Shown here: positions 19,801 through 27,043 of the stretch, piece by piece
How the letters are laid out: every line of letters begins with the position of its first letter
Position numbering within the stretch: the first letter of the stretch is position 1
From: Candidatus Baldrarchaeota archaeon
GTDB taxonomy: Archaea; Asgardarchaeota; Baldrarchaeia; Baldrarchaeales; DXJG01
Reading direction: 5' to 3'
DNA length: 32,000 bases
NCBI GenBank assembly: GCA_019056805.1
Contig: DXJG01000002.1
Span: 343,103 to 375,102, forward strand
The notes under the pieces: generated by a model
What the model saw: only the letters and a program-made list of their open reading frames with translations
What the model was told of the DNA's origin: nothing
Database searches by the model: none
Translations under genes and position numbers: made by a program

Positions 19801-19925
19801 TGGACAACGAAGAGATTAAGGAAAGAAAACTGAAAGATGTCAAAGAAAAGATAAAAAGAATCTATAAAAGGAAAGATGTTCAAACATATCTAATTCTTGC
19901 AGCTCAAACATTATTAGGTGATTGA
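16854..19925 (+). CDS. 1023-aa all-alpha-helical/coiled-coil protein of unknown function
   Basis: Long open frame, E/K/L/I-rich amphipathic helices broken by Pro-containing loops; no Walker motif, TM segment or signal peptide seen. Confidence 0.87.
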   Translation: MLETFREIIFLSNELIQQLPDPREIRDKFEEFNDWVNKINEIEREFASTSRFNFKKKRELKERLEKEIEKAKKMANELLEASERLLLSQSSIVREFASKHSNICDRTLLVIVQKLPEQTSLGDITVKTTHVKNILSTLRKAVAQIKNDVLKWVNNLEAEITESVFIIQQISEKLGVPISVEKDSFIEEIKETKIFLEQFWKIDVSTVDSLISKVKRSYESLRNDMNTSLSTLITSFKNQILQLREDIRLVEDIVVPPFPIIHTNLSETTMGSISINLLRTLAKDVETVKLFEDDVKRRLLNKIIVLMRRNKSKMEVFKKYVEIDSSKLSLTLKEAPTIDEPLNSLLIHLKDLKEEEEYLNKMEKAAINGLKSDLRSKLMELSSKTEVIVEEGVKLSPEITRKINVLLSQIENIKDVDSALSLETEYVRLLEGIKDSIKREFLSERGRILEVVSEFLRDVEAPVLKGQTIEELLQNLQELKRWKTKVKNLLKEEVVKAIEELERGNTLLKDTSWENPELFKILTQMRNEIRAANKIGEIVEILNKINDLKTDEEQRLKAALETIKKEYMEVVKVIEDLVVDVSPSIRAPIHVDVKNKTYIELTEILPELGEKIKQRDKLVKETLENFLLKIKNEVERIPSPYREIFDQVIKEIDNSIINLRKVNTVYEVKEAFNLAIKEINGMIKEKFAALKSNLILKTRMAFIKTRNPPDVSDAVEKLNGIIIEQWEISRAIYEVNKIFQEEILGKLREFIENEARDYINLLNKLKMYNIEVEEFIIKLEEVLAKFSSKKELDIQEIGELGKTVNDVITSSALRQTFAKWLNLTVEALEKTINYVSKWVQVEEDFYEVIPTLKKQSELLDSLEIETITKMIEHTHKLWEIARSYLEEIEKRRDMIFEEELKKIPYHDSIMKIWDKNRKEFDKTIFPLSKLFELKEEISKEQTPKILKLIEEKEKLEQEWLEKEKQISIWHKSIKIFLTGISPMDNEEIKERKLKDVKEKIKRIYKRKDVQTYLILAAQTLLGD

Positions 19926-19927
19926 AT

Positions 19928-21301
19928 TTGGAAAGAGAAAGTGAAACTCAAACTTACACATCAAATGTATTTTTAATAGGCTTAGGGGAATGCGGAGGAA
20001 ATTTAGTCGGAGAATACATCAATAAAGAAAGAGAAGAAGGAAAACTGGAAAGAGTCACAGGATATCTAATTTTAAACACAAATCGTTATGACCTTGTAAA
20101 AACGAAAGAAAAATACAAAGTACCTCCAGAAAACATGTTAATGTTCGGAGATACTCCAATGGGTGTTGGCGGACGATTTATGGAAGCATACAACCTTATT
20201 GAAATATGGTGGGATGCAATAGCGGAGCAAATAAGAAACCTTGGTGGCGATGTTGCTAGTACCTTCATTATTTTAACATCAACGGGCGGTGGCACTGGTT
20301 GTGGCGCAACCCCGGCCTTAATTCGAAAAATTAGAGAAACTTTCGGTAGAAGTGGCCGTGTGTACATATATGTAATGGGAGTACTCCCATTTGAGGATCA
20401 AACAAGTGAAGCTCTTAACACTATATGGCTTCTTCACAGGCTTCTTCAAGAACCTGAAAAGGGAGAATCCGCCGATCTTGCCATACTTTTGTCTAATAGA
20501 ACTATGCTAAGAAGACGATTACAACATGAAAGATCAATGATAATGGATATTCTTGGTAGTCGTCTTGGAGTAGATATCACAGATGTAACACAATTAAATT
20601 CGATTGTTTTAGGTTCTGAACTTCCATTTAGCGCAAAAGTACTGGAACAAACTTTTGTAGATATTGTTAATCCATTGATCATACAAACACTTGTTAAATT
20701 GTTACAGCTTTCCACGTTTATGCCTGGAAAGAATATTTTTCCTGTCACAGATATGGCCGACATAGCTAATAAACTGGATACTATTTCTATTCCAGCTATT
20801 TTCACCGAAATACCTTACCAAACAACTATGGATGAACAAGGCAACATAGATATGGAGGGACTTGCGATGTTTCTCCAAGAGGTAGTTCATGTGGCTATTA
20901 AGTATTACAGTCTTGTAGATATTCAAGAACATCCTCAAGCATCAAGCGTATTATATCTCCTAAGCGGGCCTCGACATATCGTTGATGTACATTTGGATAG
21001 ACCAATAAAGACAGCATTAAATGAGTATATAGCGGAAGGTGCAGCAGTTACTCCAACATTTATTCAATATGATTCATGGGAAGTACCAATGGATCTTCTA
21101 ATACTGTTAGGACTTCCCAAGCTAGAGGAAATCCGAGATCTTGTAAGCGAAGCCGAAAAACTGATAAATCTTCATAGTGGCAGCAAAATTAAGGAGAGAT
21201 GGTTCTTAAAAAGCAAAGGCGTTTCGAAGGAGACGTTAGTTGAAGCTTTGAATGAGATAAAAGATTTATTTGACATTGGAGGAACTGCGGGTGAAGAGTA
21301 A
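19928..21301 (+). CDS. Tubulin/FtsZ-superfamily GTPase, divergent CetZ-like
   Basis: T1 GLGECGGN, T2 LNTNRYDL, T3 GVGG, signature TGGGTGCGATP (20285-20305), T5 VLPF, T6 ALNT, T7 VTDMADIANKL. GGTGA at 19917-19921 favours TTG 19928 over TTG 19922. Confidence 0.9.
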   Translation: MERESETQTYTSNVFLIGLGECGGNLVGEYINKEREEGKLERVTGYLILNTNRYDLVKTKEKYKVPPENMLMFGDTPMGVGGRFMEAYNLIEIWWDAIAEQIRNLGGDVASTFIILTSTGGGTGCGATPALIRKIRETFGRSGRVYIYVMGVLPFEDQTSEALNTIWLLHRLLQEPEKGESADLAILLSNRTMLRRRLQHERSMIMDILGSRLGVDITDVTQLNSIVLGSELPFSAKVLEQTFVDIVNPLIIQTLVKLLQLSTFMPGKNIFPVTDMADIANKLDTISIPAIFTEIPYQTTMDEQGNIDMEGLAMFLQEVVHVAIKYYSLVDIQEHPQASSVLYLLSGPRHIVDVHLDRPIKTALNEYIAEGAAVTPTFIQYDSWEVPMDLLILLGLPKLEEIRDLVSEAEKLINLHSGSKIKERWFLKSKGVSKETLVEALNEIKDLFDIGGTAGEE

Positions 21302-22187
21302 CAACGAGGAAGCTTCTGTAAACGATCTAAAAAATGATATTCAAAAATTAAGGGAAGAACTAAAAATAATAATAGAACTTCAAAAAATCTTCTTACAAAT
21401 ATTAAAACAAATAATAGCAAACTACCATGCAAATTTAGATATAAATTTGACTGAAAATTTAAAATCTTTCCTTGAATTGAATAAAAATGGCGACAAACGT
21501 CTTAAATCACTATTTCAAGAGGTTCAAAACTTCCTGAACGAAATTACTATCTTACAACACTTAGAATACGAACAGATACCATTAGAAAAAGAGGTTGATA
21601 AATGGAGAATAATATCATCCACAGAAAGGCTAATTGAAAAATTCTCTCCCTCTCATGACACTTTAATTCCAAATCTACTTCTCGAAACAATTAAAATTAT
21701 ACATCAATGCGAAATACCTGAAAAATGGAGAGAAAAAATAGTTAAAAAATTATCATTGGAAATTAGAAGTCTAATTCAAGAAATGTTTACAAAAGACCCA
21801 TATATGGGGCTTCTTAAAAAAATTAAAGATGGACAAATTAAACTTAGTGAAAAAGAACTCAAATCTGTTGAGAAAATTGTTGAAGAGAGAATTAAAACAC
21901 TTATTAACTTACTAGAAAATGCTAATAAAAGTTGGAAAGATAGCATTCTGTCTGCGCAATTTTCTCTAGAGGCTTTTAATTGGGGGACGGCAAAAACCGA
22001 GAAAAGATTCTTACAATTATTTTATCAAAAAGCTAAGAAGCTTATAGAAAGCGTTGGCGAGGAATCAAAGTTTGAAAACAAAATATTAAATTCTGAGGTA
22101 GCTATATTAATTTGTGAACTCGCCGATCAAATTATAAAGATACCAAAAACTCGAATGAAAATAGAGGAGATGAAAAGAAAAATATAA
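21291..22187 (+). CDS. Alpha-helical protein of unknown function with an N-terminal coiled coil
   Basis: GTG 21291 with GGAGG at 21278-21282, overlapping the GTPase stop by 11 nt; the ORF track uses TTG 21270. Confidence 0.8.
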   Translation: MKSNNEEASVNDLKNDIQKLREELKIIIELQKIFLQILKQIIANYHANLDINLTENLKSFLELNKNGDKRLKSLFQEVQNFLNEITILQHLEYEQIPLEKEVDKWRIISSTERLIEKFSPSHDTLIPNLLLETIKIIHQCEIPEKWREKIVKKLSLEIRSLIQEMFTKDPYMGLLKKIKDGQIKLSEKELKSVEKIVEERIKTLINLLENANKSWKDSILSAQFSLEAFNWGTAKTEKRFLQLFYQKAKKLIESVGEESKFENKILNSEVAILICELADQIIKIPKTRMKIEEMKRKI

Positions 22188-22201
22188 GTTTTAACATAAA
22201 G

Positions 22202-22209
22202 TTTAAATA
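22202..22209 (+). promoter_or_regulatory. Probable TATA box for the 22265 gene
   Basis: TTTAAATA preceded by purine-rich CATAAAG, 55 nt before the ATG. Confidence 0.4.
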
Positions 22210-22264
22210 CGCTTGCCTTATCAAATTCGAATTCGTAATAGTAGCTGGGGGAGTTGGATGATTT

Positions 22265-22594
22265 ATGAGGTTGCCCGATTTCATAAAATTATGTAATTCA
22301 TTAGGACTCGAATTGTCTGAGAGAAGCTTGAGCTTAATAAAAGAACTTGAAAAAGCTAAGTATAGAACAAAAGTTCCCATAACATTCTATTCTAAGCCTA
22401 GGACTATGAAAAGTGGAGGACGTTGGCGACTTCTTCTTAAGGCTGAGGTTGCCAATGTAGCCCTTTCGGTCTCTCGTCCAGAAATAATAGTTGAGGTAGA
22501 TGGGTCTCCGGTAAAAATTAGAAAAATAGCGATAGAGGATGTGAGAAGAGAAGTAAGAAATGAAATAGAAAAATGGAAGCAGTTTATGGTTTAA
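22265..22594 (+). CDS. Hypothetical protein (109 aa)
   Basis: Fills the gap between the helical gene and the metG stop; G-rich SD and TATA-like element upstream. Confidence 0.62.
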   Translation: MRLPDFIKLCNSLGLELSERSLSLIKELEKAKYRTKVPITFYSKPRTMKSGGRWRLLLKAEVANVALSVSRPEIIVEVDGSPVKIRKIAIEDVRREVRNEIEKWKQFMV

Positions 22595-22610
22595 GCATAC
22601 TATAAGATTT

Positions 22611-24266
22611 TCAAGTCCATTTTTCATTAATAGAGATTTTTTTGAAGAGCGGACTTGGTTTCTTAATTAAATGTCCCGAAGGAATTAGTAGTTCTTTTGC
22701 TGTAGTCCAATTCTCCTTATCGTGTACTGAACCGTCAAGGTTTAACATTTCCCAGATTTTCTCAGAGCTAAAGGGTATAAATGGTTCCATTAATATGGCT
22801 AAGCAACGAGTTAATTGACAGCATAAGTTTAGTGTGGTTTCAGCAATTTCTTTTTCGCTTTTCATTTTGTGCCACGGGGCTTTATCGTTGAGGTACTTGT
22901 TTCCTTTCCTTGCTAAATTCATAGCTTCACTAAGTGCATCCTTAAATTTAAACTTCTCTAAAAGTTCAGCAACGGTATCTGGAGTTCTCTGAATACTTGC
23001 TATAAGTTCTTTGTCAAGCTCGTCAAGTTCATGTCTTTCAGGAACTTTTCCATCAAACTGTTTATAGATAAATACAAGGGTTCTATGCACAAAGTTACCT
23101 AAGATATCAACTAATTCGTTATTGATTCTCGCTTGGAAATCGTCCCAAGTAAAGCTTGAATCTTTTGTCTCCGGTCTTATAGATATCAGATAATATCTCC
23201 AATAATCAACTGGAAATTTTTCTAACGCTTCATCAGCCCAGACTCCCCATCTTCTACTCTTAGAAAACGGTTTTCCACAAAAGAGTAAGAATTCTGTGGA
23301 AGCAACGTTCCAAGGCAAAATATATTTTTCTTCACTTGCCATGAGTAGTGCTGGCAAAATTAATACGTGGAACGGTATGTTATCTTTGGCTATAAAGTAC
23401 ACACTCTTTGTCTGAGGATCAAACCAATATTTTTTCCACTTATCGGGTTTTCCTACATTTTTTGCCCATTCTATTGTTGCAGATATATACCCTAGAACAG
23501 CTTCCATCCAAACATAAATCGTCTTTTTCTCAGCACCTGGAAATGGTGCTGATATCCCCCACTCATTGTCCCTAGTAAGTGATCTAGGTTTTAACCCCTC
23601 ATTTAATAGGTTTAAGCTAAAGTTTCTAGCATTTTCTGGTAATTGCTTATTACTCTCTACATATTTCTTTAATTCCTCTTCAAATTTCGATAAGTCAAAA
23701 AACCAATGAGTAGTCTTTTTAATCTCTGGAGTAGAACCACATATCGCGCAACGCGGAGATTCTAATTCTATAGGATCTAAAAGTCTCCCGCAATTTTCAC
23801 ATTGGTCCCCTCTAGCATTTTCATAATTGCAATAAGGACAAACACCTTCAACAAACCTATCCGGTAAAAATCTTTGACATTTAGGGCAGTAGAGCATTTC
23901 AATTTCTTTTGAAAATATGTAGCCATTTTCATAGACTTTCCTATAAAAGTTTTGAACAAATTCCTTGTGAACAGGACTTTCTGTTCGTGTATAATTGTCA
24001 AAAGATATTCCCCATTCATCAAAAATCTTCTTAACTTTCTGATGCATCTCATCAGTGAGTTCACGTGGCGACATCCCTCTTTTTATCGCTTCAACTTCAA
24101 TTGGAGTACCATGTTCGTCAGAACCAGAGACAAACACTACTTCATCTCCTCTAAGCCTAAGATATCTTGCAAAAACGTCCGCAGATAATACTGAACCTAT
24201 CATGGTTCCTAAATGAGGTACATAGTTTATATATGGCCAAGCTGAACATACAAGCCATCTACGCAT
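22611..24266 (-). CDS. metG: Methionyl-tRNA synthetase, copy A (SAWPY/HLGT/AKDN type)
   Basis: SAWPYINYVPHLGT, SDEHG, four CxxC knuckle motifs, YVWMEA, AKDNIPFH, FSKS, GNFVHR, KAPW. ATG 24266 has GGAGGT 7 nt upstream; the ORF track uses GTG 24284. Confidence 0.96.
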   Translation of the reverse strand: MRRWLVCSAWPYINYVPHLGTMIGSVLSADVFARYLRLRGDEVVFVSGSDEHGTPIEVEAIKRGMSPRELTDEMHQKVKKIFDEWGISFDNYTRTESPVHKEFVQNFYRKVYENGYIFSKEIEMLYCPKCQRFLPDRFVEGVCPYCNYENARGDQCENCGRLLDPIELESPRCAICGSTPEIKKTTHWFFDLSKFEEELKKYVESNKQLPENARNFSLNLLNEGLKPRSLTRDNEWGISAPFPGAEKKTIYVWMEAVLGYISATIEWAKNVGKPDKWKKYWFDPQTKSVYFIAKDNIPFHVLILPALLMASEEKYILPWNVASTEFLLFCGKPFSKSRRWGVWADEALEKFPVDYWRYYLISIRPETKDSSFTWDDFQARINNELVDILGNFVHRTLVFIYKQFDGKVPERHELDELDKELIASIQRTPDTVAELLEKFKFKDALSEAMNLARKGNKYLNDKAPWHKMKSEKEIAETTLNLCCQLTRCLAILMEPFIPFSSEKIWEMLNLDGSVHDKENWTTAKELLIPSGHLIKKPSPLFKKISINEKWT

Positions 24267-24312
24267 CTTTCTTACCTCCGACACGTAAAAATCTATTTAT
24301 CAGCGTGTTATT

Positions 24313-25986
24313 TTACTTGTTTTCAGTTTTCATTGATTCTAATATTTCTTCTATTTTTTCATCCGCAATTTTCTGAAATATTGGTTCAGGTTTTTTAATT
24401 AAATGACCTGGTGGAATTTCAACTTCAGTTAAATAACTCCAGCTAAATTTTTCTATATTTAGATATTCCAAAACTTTTTTGGCTGAGGAGGGTATAAAGG
24501 GAACTAGCAATATAGCTATAGTTTTTACAAGTTGAGCAGCAACAAACAATGTTGTCTTAGCATCATTCACATTGCTTTTAACCGTTTTCCAAGGTTCTTT
24601 GAGATTTAAATATTTATTTCCTTCTCTAGCCAAATTTATAATGTTTTCAAGGGCTAATTTTAACCTATATGTTCCCATAAGTTTTTCTATCTTTTCTATA
24701 TCTCTCTTGATAAGTTCTATGATTCTTTTGTCTTCTTCTTTATATTCAGATGGTTCTGGAACTTTACCTTGAAAATATCTGTAAATAAAGGTTAAAACTC
24801 GATGTATAAAATTTCCAATGATCCCAACGAGATCGTTATTAATTCTATCTTTAAATTCTTTCCAACTCCAGTCGGTATCATCTAAAGACAGAGGAGAAGC
24901 AAGTATTAAATAAAATCTTGCGTAATCTGCAGGGAAATGTTTAAGGAAGTCTTCAACCGCAATATACCATCCTCTACTCTTTGAAAACTTCTTTTTTTCT
25001 AATGTGAGAAATCCTCGAGTTGGTATAGCTGAAGGAAGGTTAAAGCCTAGGTTTGTACCCTTAAGCATTGCAGGCCAAAACAGATAGTGGTGGTAAATGA
25101 TATCCTTTCCGATATGGTGAATAATTTTTGTTTCTGGATTCTTCCACCATCTTTCCCAATTATCGCCGTGATCTTTACACCATTTCATGGTGGAGGCAAT
25201 ATATCCAATTGGAGCATCAAACCACACATAAACCTTTTTTCCCTTAGAGTCTTCATAGGGAAGTTCAAATCCCCAGTAGTCTTTTTCTCTTGTGATGTCC
25301 CAGTCTTTTAGTCCCTCCTCTATCCATCTAAGTACGTAATTCACAACTTGGGATTGCATTTCCTTATTGTTTTTTAACCAGTTTTTAAGGAAATCTGAAA
25401 ACGCTGAAAGTTTAAAAATGAAATGAGAACTTTCTTTAGGAATAGGAGTAGAGCCGCACAATGCGCATTTAGGGTCTAAAATTTCTCCAAATTCAAACGT
25501 TGTACCACACTTCTCACAATAATCGCTATACTGATCTTGGGCTCCACATCTCGGACATGTACCCTTTACATAACGGTCTGGTAGATAACGTTGACAGTTG
25601 GGACAATAATGCAGTTTCACATAGTCTTTGTATATGTAGCCATTTTCTCTCAGCGATTTCAAAAATAAATGAGTTAACTCTTCATTTTCGGGGCTATGTG
25701 TTCTGTAAAAAACGTCGAATTCGATGTCTAGTGATTTGAAAATTTTCTTGTCAAGTTCATGGTAATTCTTTACGAATTCTTCTACGTTTTTTCCAGCTTT
25801 TTCGGCTGCGAGCTGAATTGGGGTACCATGTTCATCTGTAGCACAAATATAGAGAGTTTCAACACCTTTTAAACGGTAAAAACGAGCAAGAACATCAGCA
25901 GGCAAATAGGTACTTTTCATATGACCTAGATGAGGTATTCCATTAGCATAGGGTAAAGCTGCTGTTATTAACACCCTTTTGAACAT
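24313..25986 (-). CDS. metG: Methionyl-tRNA synthetase, copy B (ALPY/HLGH/GKDI type)
   Basis: AALPYANGIPHLGH, TDEHG, four CxxC, YVWFDAPIGY, GKDIIYHH, KFSKS, GNFIHR, KEPW; GGAGG SD. Confidence 0.96.
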   Translation of the reverse strand: MFKRVLITAALPYANGIPHLGHMKSTYLPADVLARFYRLKGVETLYICATDEHGTPIQLAAEKAGKNVEEFVKNYHELDKKIFKSLDIEFDVFYRTHSPENEELTHLFLKSLRENGYIYKDYVKLHYCPNCQRYLPDRYVKGTCPRCGAQDQYSDYCEKCGTTFEFGEILDPKCALCGSTPIPKESSHFIFKLSAFSDFLKNWLKNNKEMQSQVVNYVLRWIEEGLKDWDITREKDYWGFELPYEDSKGKKVYVWFDAPIGYIASTMKWCKDHGDNWERWWKNPETKIIHHIGKDIIYHHYLFWPAMLKGTNLGFNLPSAIPTRGFLTLEKKKFSKSRGWYIAVEDFLKHFPADYARFYLILASPLSLDDTDWSWKEFKDRINNDLVGIIGNFIHRVLTFIYRYFQGKVPEPSEYKEEDKRIIELIKRDIEKIEKLMGTYRLKLALENIINLAREGNKYLNLKEPWKTVKSNVNDAKTTLFVAAQLVKTIAILLVPFIPSSAKKVLEYLNIEKFSWSYLTEVEIPPGHLIKKPEPIFQKIADEKIEEILESMKTENK

Positions 25987-26059
25987 TATCCCTCCAAACG
26001 TAAATCCATTAGTAGAATTTGTTTCCTTCTTAAAAATTTAACTGTTAGTAGATGAAAGA

Positions 26060-26872
26060 TTAAACAGTTATCTCTGCTAAAGATTTAAGAATAAAGTTAG
26101 GCTTGATCTTACTCCTTTTGATGTCATTTAGGTTGGTAGCACCTGTGAGGACAAGAAGAGATTTACATCCTACTCTCTTAGCAGCTAAAATGTCTGTTTC
26201 TATTCTATCTCCGATAACCAAAACATTTTCAGGCTCAACGTTTAGTATCCTTAAAGCAAAATTCATGATTTCAACATTAGGTTTTCCAACAATTATCTCC
26301 GGTTTCGTGCCGGTTGCTGTTTCTAGAAAAGAAACAATAGCCCCTGCACCGGGCAACAGTCCTTTTTCTGTCGGAATATTAGGATCAGCATTTGTTGCGA
26401 TGAATTTCGCACCATTAAGAATTGCATACGCCCCTGCTGCCAGTTTATCATATGTTAATTGTCTATCAAGACCGACAACAACGGCATCTACTTTAGAACT
26501 CCAGGAATTGTCTTCAGAGATAATGGTAAATCCAAAGTTTCTCATTTCTTCTTTAAGACCATTTTCACCTATAATTAGAATTTTGAGGTTGATCCCGTAT
26601 TTCCTTTTAAGATATTGTCCTGTTGCGTAACCACTAGTTATGACCTCGTTTACATTGGTTTTTATTCCGAAGGCATTTAGCTTTCTGACGTAATCTTTCC
26701 TTGTTTTAGTAGAGTTGTTTGTAAGAAATATTATTTTTTTATTTTTCTTTCTGAGAATTTCTATAACTTTGTCTACTTCCTCTATTTTTGTTTCTCCTCT
26801 CCAAATTACTCCATCGCAATCAAAAATGAATCCGTCAAATTTTTGAAATTCTTTTTTAAGTTCCATGTCCAT
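26060..26872 (-). CDS. HAD-superfamily subfamily IIA phosphatase (NagD/PGP-like)
   Basis: FDCDGVIW (motif I), LTNNS (II), GKP (III), IGDRIETDI (IV). Confidence 0.93.
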   Translation of the reverse strand: MDMELKKEFQKFDGFIFDCDGVIWRGETKIEEVDKVIEILRKKNKKIIFLTNNSTKTRKDYVRKLNAFGIKTNVNEVITSGYATGQYLKRKYGINLKILIIGENGLKEEMRNFGFTIISEDNSWSSKVDAVVVGLDRQLTYDKLAAGAYAILNGAKFIATNADPNIPTEKGLLPGAGAIVSFLETATGTKPEIIVGKPNVEIMNFALRILNVEPENVLVIGDRIETDILAAKRVGCKSLLVLTGATNLNDIKRSKIKPNFILKSLAEITV

Positions 26873-27043
26873 CTCATCCTTCTTAAAAAATGTTTCTTAT
26901 TTTACACCGTAAACTTTACAAATTAAAGGTGGATTACAGTTACCGTGGTTCAACTTATCAGGTTTAACTTATCACAAAGTTTTCTTAATAATTTATACTT
27001 ATGCCAATGTGATTTAGATAAAGAAATTCTAGGGTGAACTAAT

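Noticed and set aside
16854-19925. 1023-aa protein as SMC/Rad50, dynamin or tape-measure protein
   Set aside because: No Walker A/B, signature, hinge or zinc-hook motif, no GTPase motifs, and no phage genes nearby.
21280-21301. GTPase ends in GEE like detyrosinated alpha-tubulin
   Set aside because: Only three residues, and this stretch doubles as the SD, start and first codons of the next gene, which explains its sequence; there is no long acidic tail.
19928-21301. Calling the GTPase ftsZ, bona fide tubulin or plasmid TubZ
   Set aside because: Lacks FtsZ GGGGxN, GAG.NP and the C-terminal peptide; lacks tubulin-specific motifs such as MREI and GAGNNW; the context is chromosomal with no TubR or centromere repeats.
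12253-22215. Shared AAGTT(T)AAATACGCTT at about 12253 and 22199
   Set aside because: Mostly a TATA-like core plus five bases; two occurrences are not enough to define a regulon.
22611-25986. Both metG ORFs listed as 557 aa, suggesting a recent duplication or assembly repeat
   Set aside because: The SD-supported start of copy A gives 551 aa, and the two sequences differ throughout, including at diagnostic motifs.
26952-26974. Direct repeat AACTTATCA x2 in the HAD/aRF1 divergent promoter
   Set aside because: Two 9-mers in AT-rich DNA; possibly an operator, but not distinguishable from chance without comparative data.
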